Part shown: positions 16,542-26,262 of the stretch, piece after piece
How the letters are laid out: the number at the start of each line of letters is the position of its first letter
Numbering within the stretch: the stretch's first letter is position 1
Made by a program: the position numbers and the translations under genes
The notes under the pieces: generated by a model
What the model was told of the DNA's origin: nothing
Seen by the model: only the letters and a program-made list of their open reading frames with translations
Databases searched by the model: none
Assembly (NCBI GenBank): GCA_020024515.1
Contig: JAHHTR010000001.1
Location: 1,635 to 65,634 of the forward strand
DNA length: 64,000 bases
Reading direction: 5' to 3'
Origin: Angelakisella sp.
Lineage (GTDB): Bacteria; Bacillota; Clostridia; Oscillospirales; Ruminococcaceae

Positions 16542-18155
16542 TCAGTCGTCCCATTTGTCACAAAGCGATTTTATTTGGTCGGCAAACTTCGCAATATCTT
16601 TATTCGGACGCTCTTTGTAATTCTCGGCAATCTTAACAAGTCTGTCAGCCATAGATAATAGCCTTGTAAATACAGGCGAATTTTTGGATTTGAGTTTAAC
16701 TTTTGTAGAATGAGGCTTATACTCCTCACCATAATCTATACATTCTCCTGTAACAAGGTCATATATTGACTCAAAGTTTGGAGCTACCGCATTTATTCCA
16801 TAACTATGACGTAGTTCGTTTGCAAAGTCAACAGTAACTTTTGCATTACCATGCACAACAAAAACTTCTTTTGGTTTTGGTGAAAAGCTATTGATCCACT
16901 TCAAAAGTCCTGTTTTATCAGCATGTCCACTCATAGAACGCATTGTTAATATTTGTGCTTTGACATCAATTTCTTCACCGAATATGTTCACAGTCTTTGC
17001 GCCATCATACAAACTTCTTCCAAGTGTTCCAACTGCTTGATATCCAACAAAAAGTATTGTACATTCCGGTCGCCATAGATTATGTTTCAAATGGTGCTTT
17101 ATTCTACCTGCGTCGCACATACCACTTGCCGAAATAATAACCTTGCAATCTTCATCAAAGTTTATTGCCTTACTGTCTTCTGATGATACAGATGTTATAA
17201 GTCCTGTAAAACTTAGCGGATTTACACCGCCATTAACAAGTTCCATAGCCTCATCATCAAAATATCCCGCTACATTCTTACGGAAAACTTGAGTTGCCTC
17301 AACCGCAAGCGGACTATCTACATACACTTTAAAGTTTGGGTTTGTCTTAACTAGTCCCCTATCCTTTATCTTACGGATAAAATACAATAGTTCCTGTGTT
17401 CTGCCAACTGCAAAAGATGGTATGACAACATTACCGCCACGTTTAAATGTTTCTTCTATAATTTGTGTAAGATTATCTACATAATTCCCATCGATAGGCT
17501 CGTGATTTTTGTCCCCATAAGTAGATTCCATTACAACATAATCCGCTAATTTATGATAAGTTGGATCTTCTATAATTGGCTGATTAATATTACCTATATC
17601 TCCGGAAAATACAACTGTTCTGGTTACATCATTTTCTGTTATCTTGACTGTTATACTGGCTGAACCGAGTAAGTGACCAGCATCTCTGAATAATATCTCT
17701 ATACCGTCACAAATTTGTACAGGATTATCATATTCACATGGTACAAAATGTGTAAGTACATCTTCGGCATCTTGCATATTATATATCGGTTCAATAGGTT
17801 CACGTCCTGCACGTTTACCCTTTCTGTTCTTCCATTCGGCTTCAAATTCTTGTATATGTGCGGAATCTCGCAACATTATACTGCATAAATCACAAGTTGC
17901 ACCTGTGGTGTATATTTTACCTCTAAAACCATACTTTGTAAGTAATGGAAGATATCCCGAATGGTCAATGTGTGCGTGTGTAAGCAAAACATAGTCTACT
18001 GTTGATGGGGAAATAGGAAGTTTTAAACTTTCTTCATCATCTTTATCTTCGCCCTGTTTCATACCAAAATCAATAAGTATTATTTTTCCGCAGGCTTTCA
18101 AACAATGGCAACTACCTGTTACTTCGTGCGCAGCACCCAAAAAAGATATATACAT
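16542..18155 (-). CDS. MBL-fold beta-CASP family ribonuclease
   Basis: HxHxDH motif (LLTHAHIDHSGYLP) and N-terminus MYISFLGAAHEVTGSCH. The 537-aa length, with ...ESTYGD... and ...MSGHAD..., is typical of beta-CASP RNA-metabolising MBL enzymes. Confidence 0.8.
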   Translation of the reverse strand: MYISFLGAAHEVTGSCHCLKACGKIILIDFGMKQGEDKDDEESLKLPISPSTVDYVLLTHAHIDHSGYLPLLTKYGFRGKIYTTGATCDLCSIMLRDSAHIQEFEAEWKNRKGKRAGREPIEPIYNMQDAEDVLTHFVPCEYDNPVQICDGIEILFRDAGHLLGSASITVKITENDVTRTVVFSGDIGNINQPIIEDPTYHKLADYVVMESTYGDKNHEPIDGNYVDNLTQIIEETFKRGGNVVIPSFAVGRTQELLYFIRKIKDRGLVKTNPNFKVYVDSPLAVEATQVFRKNVAGYFDDEAMELVNGGVNPLSFTGLITSVSSEDSKAINFDEDCKVIISASGMCDAGRIKHHLKHNLWRPECTILFVGYQAVGTLGRSLYDGAKTVNIFGEEIDVKAQILTMRSMSGHADKTGLLKWINSFSPKPKEVFVVHGNAKVTVDFANELRHSYGINAVAPNFESIYDLVTGECIDYGEEYKPHSTKVKLKSKNSPVFTRLLSMADRLVKIAENYKERPNKDIAKFADQIKSLCDKWDD

Positions 18156-18298
18156 AAAAGCTCCCCCTTTTTGTAAATATATTATATATTCATCTATATA
18201 ATACCAAAAATTTTATTAAAAGTCAACAAAAATATTAAATATCACATTAGATTATTAACAATAATATATGTAAATATTCATCATTTGGCTTTAAGTAC

Positions 18299-18341
18299 GC
18301 AAAAATACCCTCTGACAGTATTCATAATACTACCAGAGGGT
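18299..18341 (-). terminator. Intrinsic terminator after rnfB
   Basis: ACCCTCTG...CAGAGGGT outer stem with an AGTATT/AATACT inner stem. A U-tract follows on the minus strand (A-run 18301-18305 on plus). Confidence 0.6.
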
Positions 18342-18362
18342 TAATTTTTAATATATTAAATA

Positions 18363-19181
18363 TCAGTTGCCACTGCAACCTGTACAAACACCGTTTGCAC
18401 CACAATTTTTGATAACGTGAACAGGACATACCTCCACACATTTACCGCAATTTGTACATTTATCATAATCAATTGTTGCAAGATTATTTGTAATATGAAT
18501 TGCATCATACTCACAAGTTTTTTGACACTTCATACAACCAATACAGCCTGATGTACATTCTTTACGTACAAGTGCGCCTTTTTGGTGTGAAGAACAACCA
18601 ACAGAAACCATATTTGTTTCTTTAACCATATCAATTAGGTTATTTGGACAGACTTTTGCACAGGCACTACAACCTGTACAAAGATCTCTGTCAACAACAG
18701 CTACGCCATTTACTATTGACATAGCATCAAATTTACATGCTGAAACACAGTCACCTAAACCAAGACAGCCAACTGAACAGCTTCTTCTTCCTTGATAGAA
18801 CATATTGTTTGCCGCACAAGTTTGTGGGCCGTCATATTCCATTTTGTATTGCGCTGTTTCAAAAGTACCTGTACAATGTACAAACGCTTTTTTCTCCACA
18901 ACGTCTTGGAACTCCATACCAAGAATTTCGCTTATTTTTCTTGATACACTGTCGCCACCGGGGGCACATAGGTTTGTTCTCGGTGATTTTTCATCTGCCA
19001 AATATTTTGCATAACCGTCACAGCCGGCAAAACCACATGCGCCACAGTTTGCGCCGGGCAATGTATCACGCAATTTTTCAGCTTTTTCATCAACAGGCAC
19101 AGCCATCAGTTTTGATGCTATTACAAGAATAACACCACAGATAAGACCAATAGCCGCAACACTCAAAACTGCTACTAACAT
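18363..19181 (-). CDS. rnfB: Rnf complex subunit B (polyferredoxin)
   Basis: N-terminal TM helix plus [18 protein letters not shown], and several CxxCxxCxxxCP 4Fe-4S motifs. Last gene of the rnfCDGEAB order. Confidence 0.9.
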   Translation of the reverse strand: MLVAVLSVAAIGLICGVILVIASKLMAVPVDEKAEKLRDTLPGANCGACGFAGCDGYAKYLADEKSPRTNLCAPGGDSVSRKISEILGMEFQDVVEKKAFVHCTGTFETAQYKMEYDGPQTCAANNMFYQGRRSCSVGCLGLGDCVSACKFDAMSIVNGVAVVDRDLCTGCSACAKVCPNNLIDMVKETNMVSVGCSSHQKGALVRKECTSGCIGCMKCQKTCEYDAIHITNNLATIDYDKCTNCGKCVEVCPVHVIKNCGANGVCTGCSGN

Positions 19182-19201
19182 AACTTTTGTACTCCTCCTA
19201 T

Positions 19202-19801
19202 TTATTTAAACAATCCCTCAATTAATCCGCCAAATCCCATAAATGACATTGAAACTATTGATGCCGCAATAAGTGTTATTGGTAGACCTTGGAAAGATTT
19301 TGAAATTTTGCTGTTTTCTATACGTGAACGAACACCTGCAAACAGTACCATCGCAAGCATAAATCCCAAACCTCCGCCAAGAGAGTTTATCATAGACTCT
19401 GCAAAAGTATAACCTTCACGAATATTAAGCACAGTTACACCCAAAACAGCACAGTTTGTTGTGATAAGTGGCAAATAGATACCCAATGATTTATGAAGAG
19501 CAGGTATAAATTTACGCAATACCATTTCAACAAGCTGAACAAGTGCGGCAATTACCAAGATAAATACAACTGTTTGCATATAGCCTAAATTATATCTATC
19601 AAGCAAATATACTTGAATAGGGTAAGTAACTGCTGTTGCCATAAGCATAACAAATGTTACGGCAAGACTCATACCAACGGCGCTGTCAAGTTTTTTTGAT
19701 ACACCTAAAAAAGGACATATTCCCAAGAATTTTGCAAGTACAAAGTTATTTACAAGTATTGCACTGAAAAGTATTATCATAAGTTCTTTTGCGTATTCCA
19801 T
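19202..19801 (-). CDS. rnfA: Rnf complex subunit A
   Basis: ...[21 protein letters not shown]...[17 protein letters not shown]... is the RnfA signature. Confidence 0.9.
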   Translation of the reverse strand: MEYAKELMIILFSAILVNNFVLAKFLGICPFLGVSKKLDSAVGMSLAVTFVMLMATAVTYPIQVYLLDRYNLGYMQTVVFILVIAALVQLVEMVLRKFIPALHKSLGIYLPLITTNCAVLGVTVLNIREGYTFAESMINSLGGGLGFMLAMVLFAGVRSRIENSKISKSFQGLPITLIAASIVSMSFMGFGGLIEGLFK

Positions 19802-19805
19802 TCAG

Positions 19806-20483
19806 TTACACCCCTTTCCCGGCATTTGCACAAGCACCCTTTGATGGGCAGTTTGCACAGCCGAATTCTTTTTTCTTAATTGCTTTTGATTTTGTAAGTT
19901 TATTAACAAGTGCTATTAGTAAACCGAATACCAAGAAACCACCAGGAGCCATTTTCATAATTGATATTGGTGGTATACCTTCTGGTAATATGTTAAAGCC
20001 AAGTATTGTACCTGCGCCAAGCAGCTCACGAATAAATCCCATTACGCCAAGTGCAAGTGTAAAACCAAGACCCATACCGATACCGTCAAGTGCTGAATCA
20101 AGTACTGAATTTTTTGATGCGAACATTTCTGCACGACCAAGAATTATACAATTAACAACTATTAGTGGTATAAAGATACCAAGTGTATTGTATAAATCAG
20201 AAGCAAATGCTTTCATAAGCATTTCTATTACAGATACGAAACCTGCAATAACAACTATATAACAAGGTATACGAACCTTTGCAGGTATTACCTTTTTTAA
20301 TAATGATATTACTATATTTGAACCCAATAGTACAAATGTAGCCGCAATACCCATTGCCAAACCGTTTTTCATAGAAGTTGATGTAGCAAGAGTAGGGCAA
20401 GTACCAAGTACAAGTACGAGTACAGGATTCTCTTTTATTATACCATTAAGGAGTATTTTCATTTTTTGACTGAATTTACTCAC
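19806..20483 (-). CDS. rnfE: Rnf complex subunit E
   Basis: ...NPVLVLVLGTCPTLATS...LGIFIPLIVVNCIILGRAEMFASKN... is the RnfE signature. Carries an extra Cys-containing C-terminal tail. Confidence 0.9.
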   Translation of the reverse strand: MSKFSQKMKILLNGIIKENPVLVLVLGTCPTLATSTSMKNGLAMGIAATFVLLGSNIVISLLKKVIPAKVRIPCYIVVIAGFVSVIEMLMKAFASDLYNTLGIFIPLIVVNCIILGRAEMFASKNSVLDSALDGIGMGLGFTLALGVMGFIRELLGAGTILGFNILPEGIPPISIMKMAPGGFLVFGLLIALVNKLTKSKAIKKKEFGCANCPSKGACANAGKGV

Positions 20484-20511
20484 TTATCTTCACTCCCTCT
20501 TATAATAAATT

Positions 20512-21417
20512 TTATGCTATTGTTTTAAATAGTTCAAGTGCCTTTGCAACAGCTTTGTTAAATCCTTTTGAGCTTTCTGTTGCACCTGATATAGCATTAA
20601 TGCCCTCTACTTGTGTTTTACCTACAAATTGTTCTGTATATGCTTCTTCGCCAACTCTTGAACCTAGTCCTTGTGTCTCTCCGTTTTCGCCAAGAGCAAC
20701 ATTTACTATTTCACCTTTTTTGTTTATACCAACATAAACTTGCATTTTCATTGGCGCACCACTGTAACCTTGTTCTTCAACAACAATTACATAACCGTCT
20801 TCATCTGTTTTAAATGCTTTTAATGCGCCTTCCAATTTCATTTCTTCAAATTTTGTTGCTGTTGGGTATGCCATTTTTTCAAATGAAACTTTTTCCACTT
20901 CTACACCTGCAAGTTCAGCATAAGCTTCGAATGCACTTGTTACAGAACTCTTAAATGCGCCGGAAGAAACAGTAGCACCTGTTACAGCATCAATACCGTT
21001 AAGTTTCATATCTTTACCTTTATATTGGTCTGTATATTTTGGCAAACCAACTTGTGAACCGATACCCTCTGTCTCACCGTTTTCCATTAGTTTAACTTTA
21101 TCGATTTTGCCATCAGCAGTGATACCAACCATTACTTGCATTTCACCACCGTAACCATTTGCTTTACCTGTAATTACAAAACCTTTGTTGCTTGTCTCTT
21201 TGTATGCTTCTACTACGTTTTTAGCTTTTACTTCTACTTTTTCAAAGCTGCCTGCACCTTGTAAAACTTCGCTGCGAGCTGCATCTGCTGCTGCTCTCTT
21301 TGCTGCTTCTATTATTGGTTCTGTTGTGTTATATGTTAATACCAGTGCCGCAGATATAACGATACATATAATTGTAAGAACTGCTGCCGGATATACAAAT
21401 TCTTTTACAAACTTCAT
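20512..21417 (-). CDS. rnfG: Rnf complex subunit G with two tandem FMN-binding domains
   Basis: N-terminal TM anchor, then two homologous modules. Each ends in a flavinylation-type motif: GIDAVTGATVSSGAFKSSV and GINAISGATESSKGFNKAV. Confidence 0.85.
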   Translation of the reverse strand: MKFVKEFVYPAAVLTIICIVISAALVLTYNTTEPIIEAAKRAAADAARSEVLQGAGSFEKVEVKAKNVVEAYKETSNKGFVITGKANGYGGEMQVMVGITADGKIDKVKLMENGETEGIGSQVGLPKYTDQYKGKDMKLNGIDAVTGATVSSGAFKSSVTSAFEAYAELAGVEVEKVSFEKMAYPTATKFEEMKLEGALKAFKTDEDGYVIVVEEQGYSGAPMKMQVYVGINKKGEIVNVALGENGETQGLGSRVGEEAYTEQFVGKTQVEGINAISGATESSKGFNKAVAKALELFKTIA

Positions 21418-22358
21418 TATTTAACTCCTCCAAATGGCATTTTTTTAGTTAATTTATTTATATGTGGTGTTACTATATTCATTAGTAGTATTGCAAATGA
21501 CATACCTTCCGGATATGAACCATAAGCACGAATTAGTACTGCTATTACACCCACACCTATACCAAAGATAATTTTACCGCTCTCACGAACAGGAGAAGTA
21601 ACATAGTCTGTTGCCATAAAGAATGCTGCAATCATTGTACCGCCTGATACCAACATATAAAATGGATTTAGTCCTGTTATTAATGACATAACGAATACTG
21701 TTACAAGTATTGTAACAGGAATTGTTGCTGTAATTACTTTCTTGTATATTAGATATATACCACCGATAAGAAGCGCAAGTGCTGCTGTTTCACCCAAACA
21801 ACCACCACGTACACCAAGTAACATATTAAGCATATTTGGTGTGTCCATAACTGAACCGCCTGTTGTAAGTATAGCAAGTGGTGTTGCACCTGTTACTGTC
21901 TCACAAGCTTTAACATAAGAGTTTGGATTTGCCCATGTTGTCATCTCTTTTGAAAAAGCTACCAGAAGGAATATACGAGCTGTTATCGCAGGATTGGCAA
22001 AGTTATCACCAATACCTCCAAATAGACATTTTACGAACAAAATCGCAAAAATACCGCCTACAACAGCCATCCATATAGGAAGTGTTGAAGGCAAGTTGTA
22101 TGCAAGAAGTAAACCTGTTACTACTGCGCTGAAATCTCCAACTGTTTGTCTTTGTTTCATTAATCTGCAAAATAGATACTCTGTCAAAACACAAGTTGCA
22201 ACAGTTACTGCTATCAGTATTAATGCCCTATAACCAAAAGTAAGCACCGACACAATTCCCGCTGGGATAAGTGCTGCTGACACATTCATCATTATTGATG
22301 ATGTTGAAACAGGAGACTTGATGTGTGGTGAGGGCGAAACTGTCAATTTACTAACCAT
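21417..22358 (-). CDS. rnfD: Rnf complex subunit D
   Basis: Polytopic membrane protein (MVSKLTVSPSPHIKSP...), NqrB/RnfD-like including ...ATDYVTSP... Position in the operon fits. Confidence 0.9.
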   Translation of the reverse strand: MVSKLTVSPSPHIKSPVSTSSIMMNVSAALIPAGIVSVLTFGYRALILIAVTVATCVLTEYLFCRLMKQRQTVGDFSAVVTGLLLAYNLPSTLPIWMAVVGGIFAILFVKCLFGGIGDNFANPAITARIFLLVAFSKEMTTWANPNSYVKACETVTGATPLAILTTGGSVMDTPNMLNMLLGVRGGCLGETAALALLIGGIYLIYKKVITATIPVTILVTVFVMSLITGLNPFYMLVSGGTMIAAFFMATDYVTSPVRESGKIIFGIGVGVIAVLIRAYGSYPEGMSFAILLMNIVTPHINKLTKKMPFGGVK

Positions 22359-22374
22359 AATTATAAACTACCCC

Positions 22375-23688
22375 CTATTTTTGTTGTTGCTGACGCAAAA
22401 GTTGCTTACCTAACTTATTGTACATTGCAAGAGGTCTTCTTGCCGGACATACATAAGAACAACAACCACATTCCATACACAAATTAACTTTTAAATCTTT
22501 AAGTGCTTCAATATTTTTTGTGTGATATGCACTGTCAAGCATTGCCGGTGACAAATCTATCGGACAAGCTCTCATACATCTTCCACAACGGATACATGCT
22601 GTTTCCTCAAATATCTCAGCATCTTTTGGTAAAAATGCAAGTATGGCATTTGTATTTTTAATTACTATATATTCATCACTTGGAAGTGCAATACCCATCA
22701 TTGGGCCACCCATAAGTATTTTCTTTGGTGTATCTACATATCCACCGCAAAATTCTACTAAATCAGATACTGATGTGCCAAGTGGAACAGTTATATTTTG
22801 TGGATTTTTTATAGCACTGCCGTCTACTGTAAGTGTTTTTTCTACAAGTGGCATACCTGTATTTACATAATCAGCAAGTGTTGCAAGTGTTGTAACATTA
22901 CAGATAATAACACCGCTATCAGCAGGTAACGCACCCTCTTTTATCACTCTGCCTGTACATTCAAAAGCAAGAACTTTTTCACCACCCTGTGGGTATTGTG
23001 ATTTCAAAGTTTTTACATTTATATTAGCCTCATCTTTTAATAGATTGGTTAATTTTTCAATAGCCTCAGGCTTATTATTTTCTATACCTATTACTGCTTC
23101 TTTAAGATTTAAATGTTTTACAACAAGTTTAATACCTTCAATCAATAACTCTGTGTTATCTATCATAAGTCTTGTATCACAAGTTATATACGGTTCACAT
23201 TCAGCACCATTTACAACAAGTGTATCCACAGTATCGATATTTTTAGGATTTAGCTTAATATGTGTTGGAAATCCCGCACCACCAAGACCAACAAGACCAC
23301 AGTTTTTTGCTGCCTCTATTAAATCCTTTTGATTTTTGATTTCAGGTTTAACTACTGTTTCACTAACTGCTTGCAAACCATCTGTTTCTATAACAACTGC
23401 TTTGCAAGTTGCACCCATTGGTGTAAGATAATCAATAATTGATTTTACAGTACCTGATACTGATGAATGTACATCAGCACACAAAAAACCTTGACCTTCG
23501 CCTATCTTTTGGCCTACTTTTACTTCATCGCCAACCTTAACAAGCACTTCGCTTTCGCTACCCATATGTTGAATCATGGGGAGTGTTACTTGTTTAGGAA
23601 TAGGCATTTTTACAGCTTTTTTATCCGCTGTATTTTTATGATGTTCAACATGAACACCGTTTAAACTGCGGTGAAAAAGTTTTCCCAC
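22375..23688 (-). CDS. rnfC: Rnf complex subunit C
   Basis: GTG start after GGAGG. GLVGLGGAGFPTH nucleotide-binding motif and two C-terminal 4Fe-4S motifs (CIRCGRCMRACP, CMECGCCSYVCP). Confidence 0.9.
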   Translation of the reverse strand: MGKLFHRSLNGVHVEHHKNTADKKAVKMPIPKQVTLPMIQHMGSESEVLVKVGDEVKVGQKIGEGQGFLCADVHSSVSGTVKSIIDYLTPMGATCKAVVIETDGLQAVSETVVKPEIKNQKDLIEAAKNCGLVGLGGAGFPTHIKLNPKNIDTVDTLVVNGAECEPYITCDTRLMIDNTELLIEGIKLVVKHLNLKEAVIGIENNKPEAIEKLTNLLKDEANINVKTLKSQYPQGGEKVLAFECTGRVIKEGALPADSGVIICNVTTLATLADYVNTGMPLVEKTLTVDGSAIKNPQNITVPLGTSVSDLVEFCGGYVDTPKKILMGGPMMGIALPSDEYIVIKNTNAILAFLPKDAEIFEETACIRCGRCMRACPIDLSPAMLDSAYHTKNIEALKDLKVNLCMECGCCSYVCPARRPLAMYNKLGKQLLRQQQQK

Positions 23689-23767
23689 TTGTAATTACCT
23701 CCATATTTTTTCATATATTATTAACATAACTAAATAATTAATTATGTAATTATTATAAATATCTGTT

Positions 23768-24331
23768 TTATAATATTATTTCTTCCAAAGAGCGTTTAGG
23801 TACACATAAATTACCTTCGCTGTCTTTAAAATATTTAACATCATTATCCTTTATATCTACTTCGTATGATTTTTCACCTATTATGCCAAGTGCAACTACT
23901 GCAAGCAATTTAAGATTTTCAGGAAGTTTCAAAAGCTCGGTTATACCGGCATAATTAATAGCACCCATCCAACAAGTACCCACACCATCTTCATAAGCGG
24001 ATAGTATAAGATTTGTAACAGCTGCACCCATATCAAATTCATAACCTACTTTTTTTATATTCAAGTCTGCCACTACCGCAATAAATACAGTAGGTCTTTC
24101 ATTCTCTTTTGGTGCACCATCTTTTAAATATGCCGCCCATTTAACCATATCAAAAACTTTGTCTACTGTCTCTTTTTCATCGATAATTGCGTATTTTAAC
24201 GGTTGCAAATTTGCTCCGCTTGCGGCAAGTCTTGCTGAATCTATATAGGAAACAAGTTTTTCTCTTTCTATCGGTGTCTGCAAAAATTTTCTTATTGTTC
24301 TACGGTTTTTTATTGCTTCTTTAACTGTCAT
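23768..24331 (-). CDS. Nitroreductase family protein
   Basis: MTVKEAIKNRRTIRKF...ARLAASGANLQPLKY is the nitroreductase N-terminal signature. Confidence 0.8.
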   Translation of the reverse strand: MTVKEAIKNRRTIRKFLQTPIEREKLVSYIDSARLAASGANLQPLKYAIIDEKETVDKVFDMVKWAAYLKDGAPKENERPTVFIAVVADLNIKKVGYEFDMGAAVTNLILSAYEDGVGTCWMGAINYAGITELLKLPENLKLLAVVALGIIGEKSYEVDIKDNDVKYFKDSEGNLCVPKRSLEEIIL

Positions 24332-24427
24332 AATTCCACTCCTGTAATCATTTAAATATATAAAACACCGTTTTTTAGACTATATTTATTATCTGCAAAA
24401 ATAAAACAAGTATTTATTTATAGAATA

Positions 24428-24949
24428 TCAAGAAGATAACTTATCAATATATGGCAAAACTGTTTTTAATATTATGCCGGTTATTATACCCATAAATATT
24501 CCTGACAGTATAAGAATGGGTAAAGTATAGATAAGTTTATTTGATATAAATATACTCGCAATTATTATTTGACCTACATTGTGAAAAATTGCACCAAAAA
24601 TACTTAAAATAAGATACTGTTTTTTATTGTCAAAAATTTTCGATAATATTACCATACCCAAAACTGAGAGTAATCCTCCAGACATACTGAGCAGTGATGC
24701 CATTACACCACGTGTAATAAAAACAAAAAAGCCTTTTAGAATAACTATCGAAATACCTGTACCTGCTCCCAATACAAATATTGAATACATTGTTACTATA
24801 TTGGAAAGCCCCAATTTTACCCCGGGTGGTAAAAAAGAAGATGTAGGTATTAATGATTCAAAAAAGCTAAGTGTCAAGGCTACTGCAAAAAGTATCCCTG
24901 TGAGTACTATTTTTTTTGTATTTACTTTCTTGATAATATACCACCCCAT
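24428..24949 (-). CDS. Gx transporter family membrane protein (formerly annotated heptaprenyl diphosphate synthase component I)
   Basis: ...ALTLSFFESLIPTSSFLPPGVKLGLSNIVTMY...FGAIFHNVGQIIIAS... matches my recollection of this family. Five or six TM helices. Confidence 0.7.
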   Translation of the reverse strand: MGWYIIKKVNTKKIVLTGILFAVALTLSFFESLIPTSSFLPPGVKLGLSNIVTMYSIFVLGAGTGISIVILKGFFVFITRGVMASLLSMSGGLLSVLGMVILSKIFDNKKQYLILSIFGAIFHNVGQIIIASIFISNKLIYTLPILILSGIFMGIITGIILKTVLPYIDKLSS

Positions 24950-25050
24950 TTTAAATAATAAATCCAGGAAAAATATAATTAAATTTTTAACAATAAAAAA
25001 TGATGACCTTCAAAGCGCTTGACTTTGGCGGTCATCAAATTCATATTTTA

Positions 25051-25542
25051 TTATTCTTCGTCGCTACAATTACCGTCGCAACCACCACAACAACAGTCAG
25101 TTTCTTCAAAATCAAACTCTAATTTTTCTCCGCAACTTGGACAATTAATGTAGCCTTCATCTAGCATTTCATCGTCTATGATAACTTTATCACCACATAC
25201 CGGACATTCTACCTCATATTCAACTTCTTCGTCATCATATTCATCATCATACTCTTCTTCATCGTCATGATGATGACAGCAGCAACATTCATCTTCGTTC
25301 TCGTCTTCTTCAAATTCATCTTCGCCATACCATTCATCTTCTATGGCAGCCAAATCATCATCTATCTCATCTACTTGAAGACCCATTTCTTCAACTTTAT
25401 CTTCTACGTCTGTAACTGTGCGAGATACTTCCTCAACAATGTCTATTATTAAAGAAAGAACTTTACCCTCATTTGAAGACTCAGCAATTCCTGAACCTTC
25501 TGCTAAACCTTTTAGGTATGCTACTTTTTCTGAAAGAGTCAT
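25051..25542 (-). CDS. Highly acidic zinc-ribbon protein with Cys/His clusters (CD1247-N-terminal-domain type)
   Basis: 163 aa. Conserved-looking N-terminus MTLSEKVAYLKGLAEG, then a long D/E-rich segment with ECCCCHHHDDEEE. A CPVCG...CPSCG zinc ribbon follows, then a CCCGGCDGNC tail. Confidence 0.6.
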   Translation of the reverse strand: MTLSEKVAYLKGLAEGSGIAESSNEGKVLSLIIDIVEEVSRTVTDVEDKVEEMGLQVDEIDDDLAAIEDEWYGEDEFEEDENEDECCCCHHHDDEEEYDDEYDDEEVEYEVECPVCGDKVIIDDEMLDEGYINCPSCGEKLEFDFEETDCCCGGCDGNCSDEE

Positions 25543-25581
25543 AATAATTTCCTCCTATTGTTAATTAATATTATGATTTAT

Positions 25582-26145
25582 TTAGTTATTAACACGTTCC
25601 ATGTATTCACCTGTACGTGTGTCAACTCTGATTACTTCACCTTCGTCAACAAATAGTGGAACTTTAATTTCCGCACCTGTTTCCAAAGTTGCCGGTTTTG
25701 TAGCATTTGTTGCTGTGTTGCCTGCAAAACCCGGATCTGTTTTTATAATTTTTAGTTCCATAAAGTTTGGTGGCTCTACACCAAATGTTGAACCTTTGTA
25801 TGATAATATTTTACAGTCTGTATTTTCTTTTACAAATTTGAAGTTGTCACCTAGAACACTGGCGTTTACAGGAACATTCTCATAAGTCTCGTTGTCCATA
25901 AAATAGTATAGGTCACCATCATTGTATAGATATTGCATATCACGTCTTTCAACGATGGCATTCTCAAATTTTTCTGTAGGGTTGAATGTTCTTTCAACAA
26001 CAGCACCGCTGATAACATTACGAATTTTTGCTCTTACGAAAGCAGCACCCTTACCCGGTTTAACGTGTTGGAATTCTATTATTTGAAAAACGTTTCCTTC
26101 CATATCAAAAGTAACACCGTTTCTAAAATCTCCGGCAGTAATCAT
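25582..26145 (-). CDS. efp: Elongation factor P
   Basis: [44 protein letters not shown]... is canonical EF-P with the PGKG loop. Confidence 0.95.
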   Translation of the reverse strand: MITAGDFRNGVTFDMEGNVFQIIEFQHVKPGKGAAFVRAKIRNVISGAVVERTFNPTEKFENAIVERRDMQYLYNDGDLYYFMDNETYENVPVNASVLGDNFKFVKENTDCKILSYKGSTFGVEPPNFMELKIIKTDPGFAGNTATNATKPATLETGAEIKVPLFVDEGEVIRVDTRTGEYMERVNN

Positions 26146-26262
26146 TTTTTTACCTCCAAAATATTATTTATTCAGTTTATTAAATTTTATCACAAAAAGC
26201 ATAGCATTTGCAATAGTTATTTACATTTTTCCAGAAAAAATATTAAATTTTTTTATTGTTTT

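Noticed and set aside
18363-23688. The Rnf cluster as a candidate novel system
   Set aside because: rnfCDGEAB order and subunit motifs are canonical for anaerobic Firmicutes. Only the RnfG duplication and the RnfE tail are unusual, and these are reported separately.
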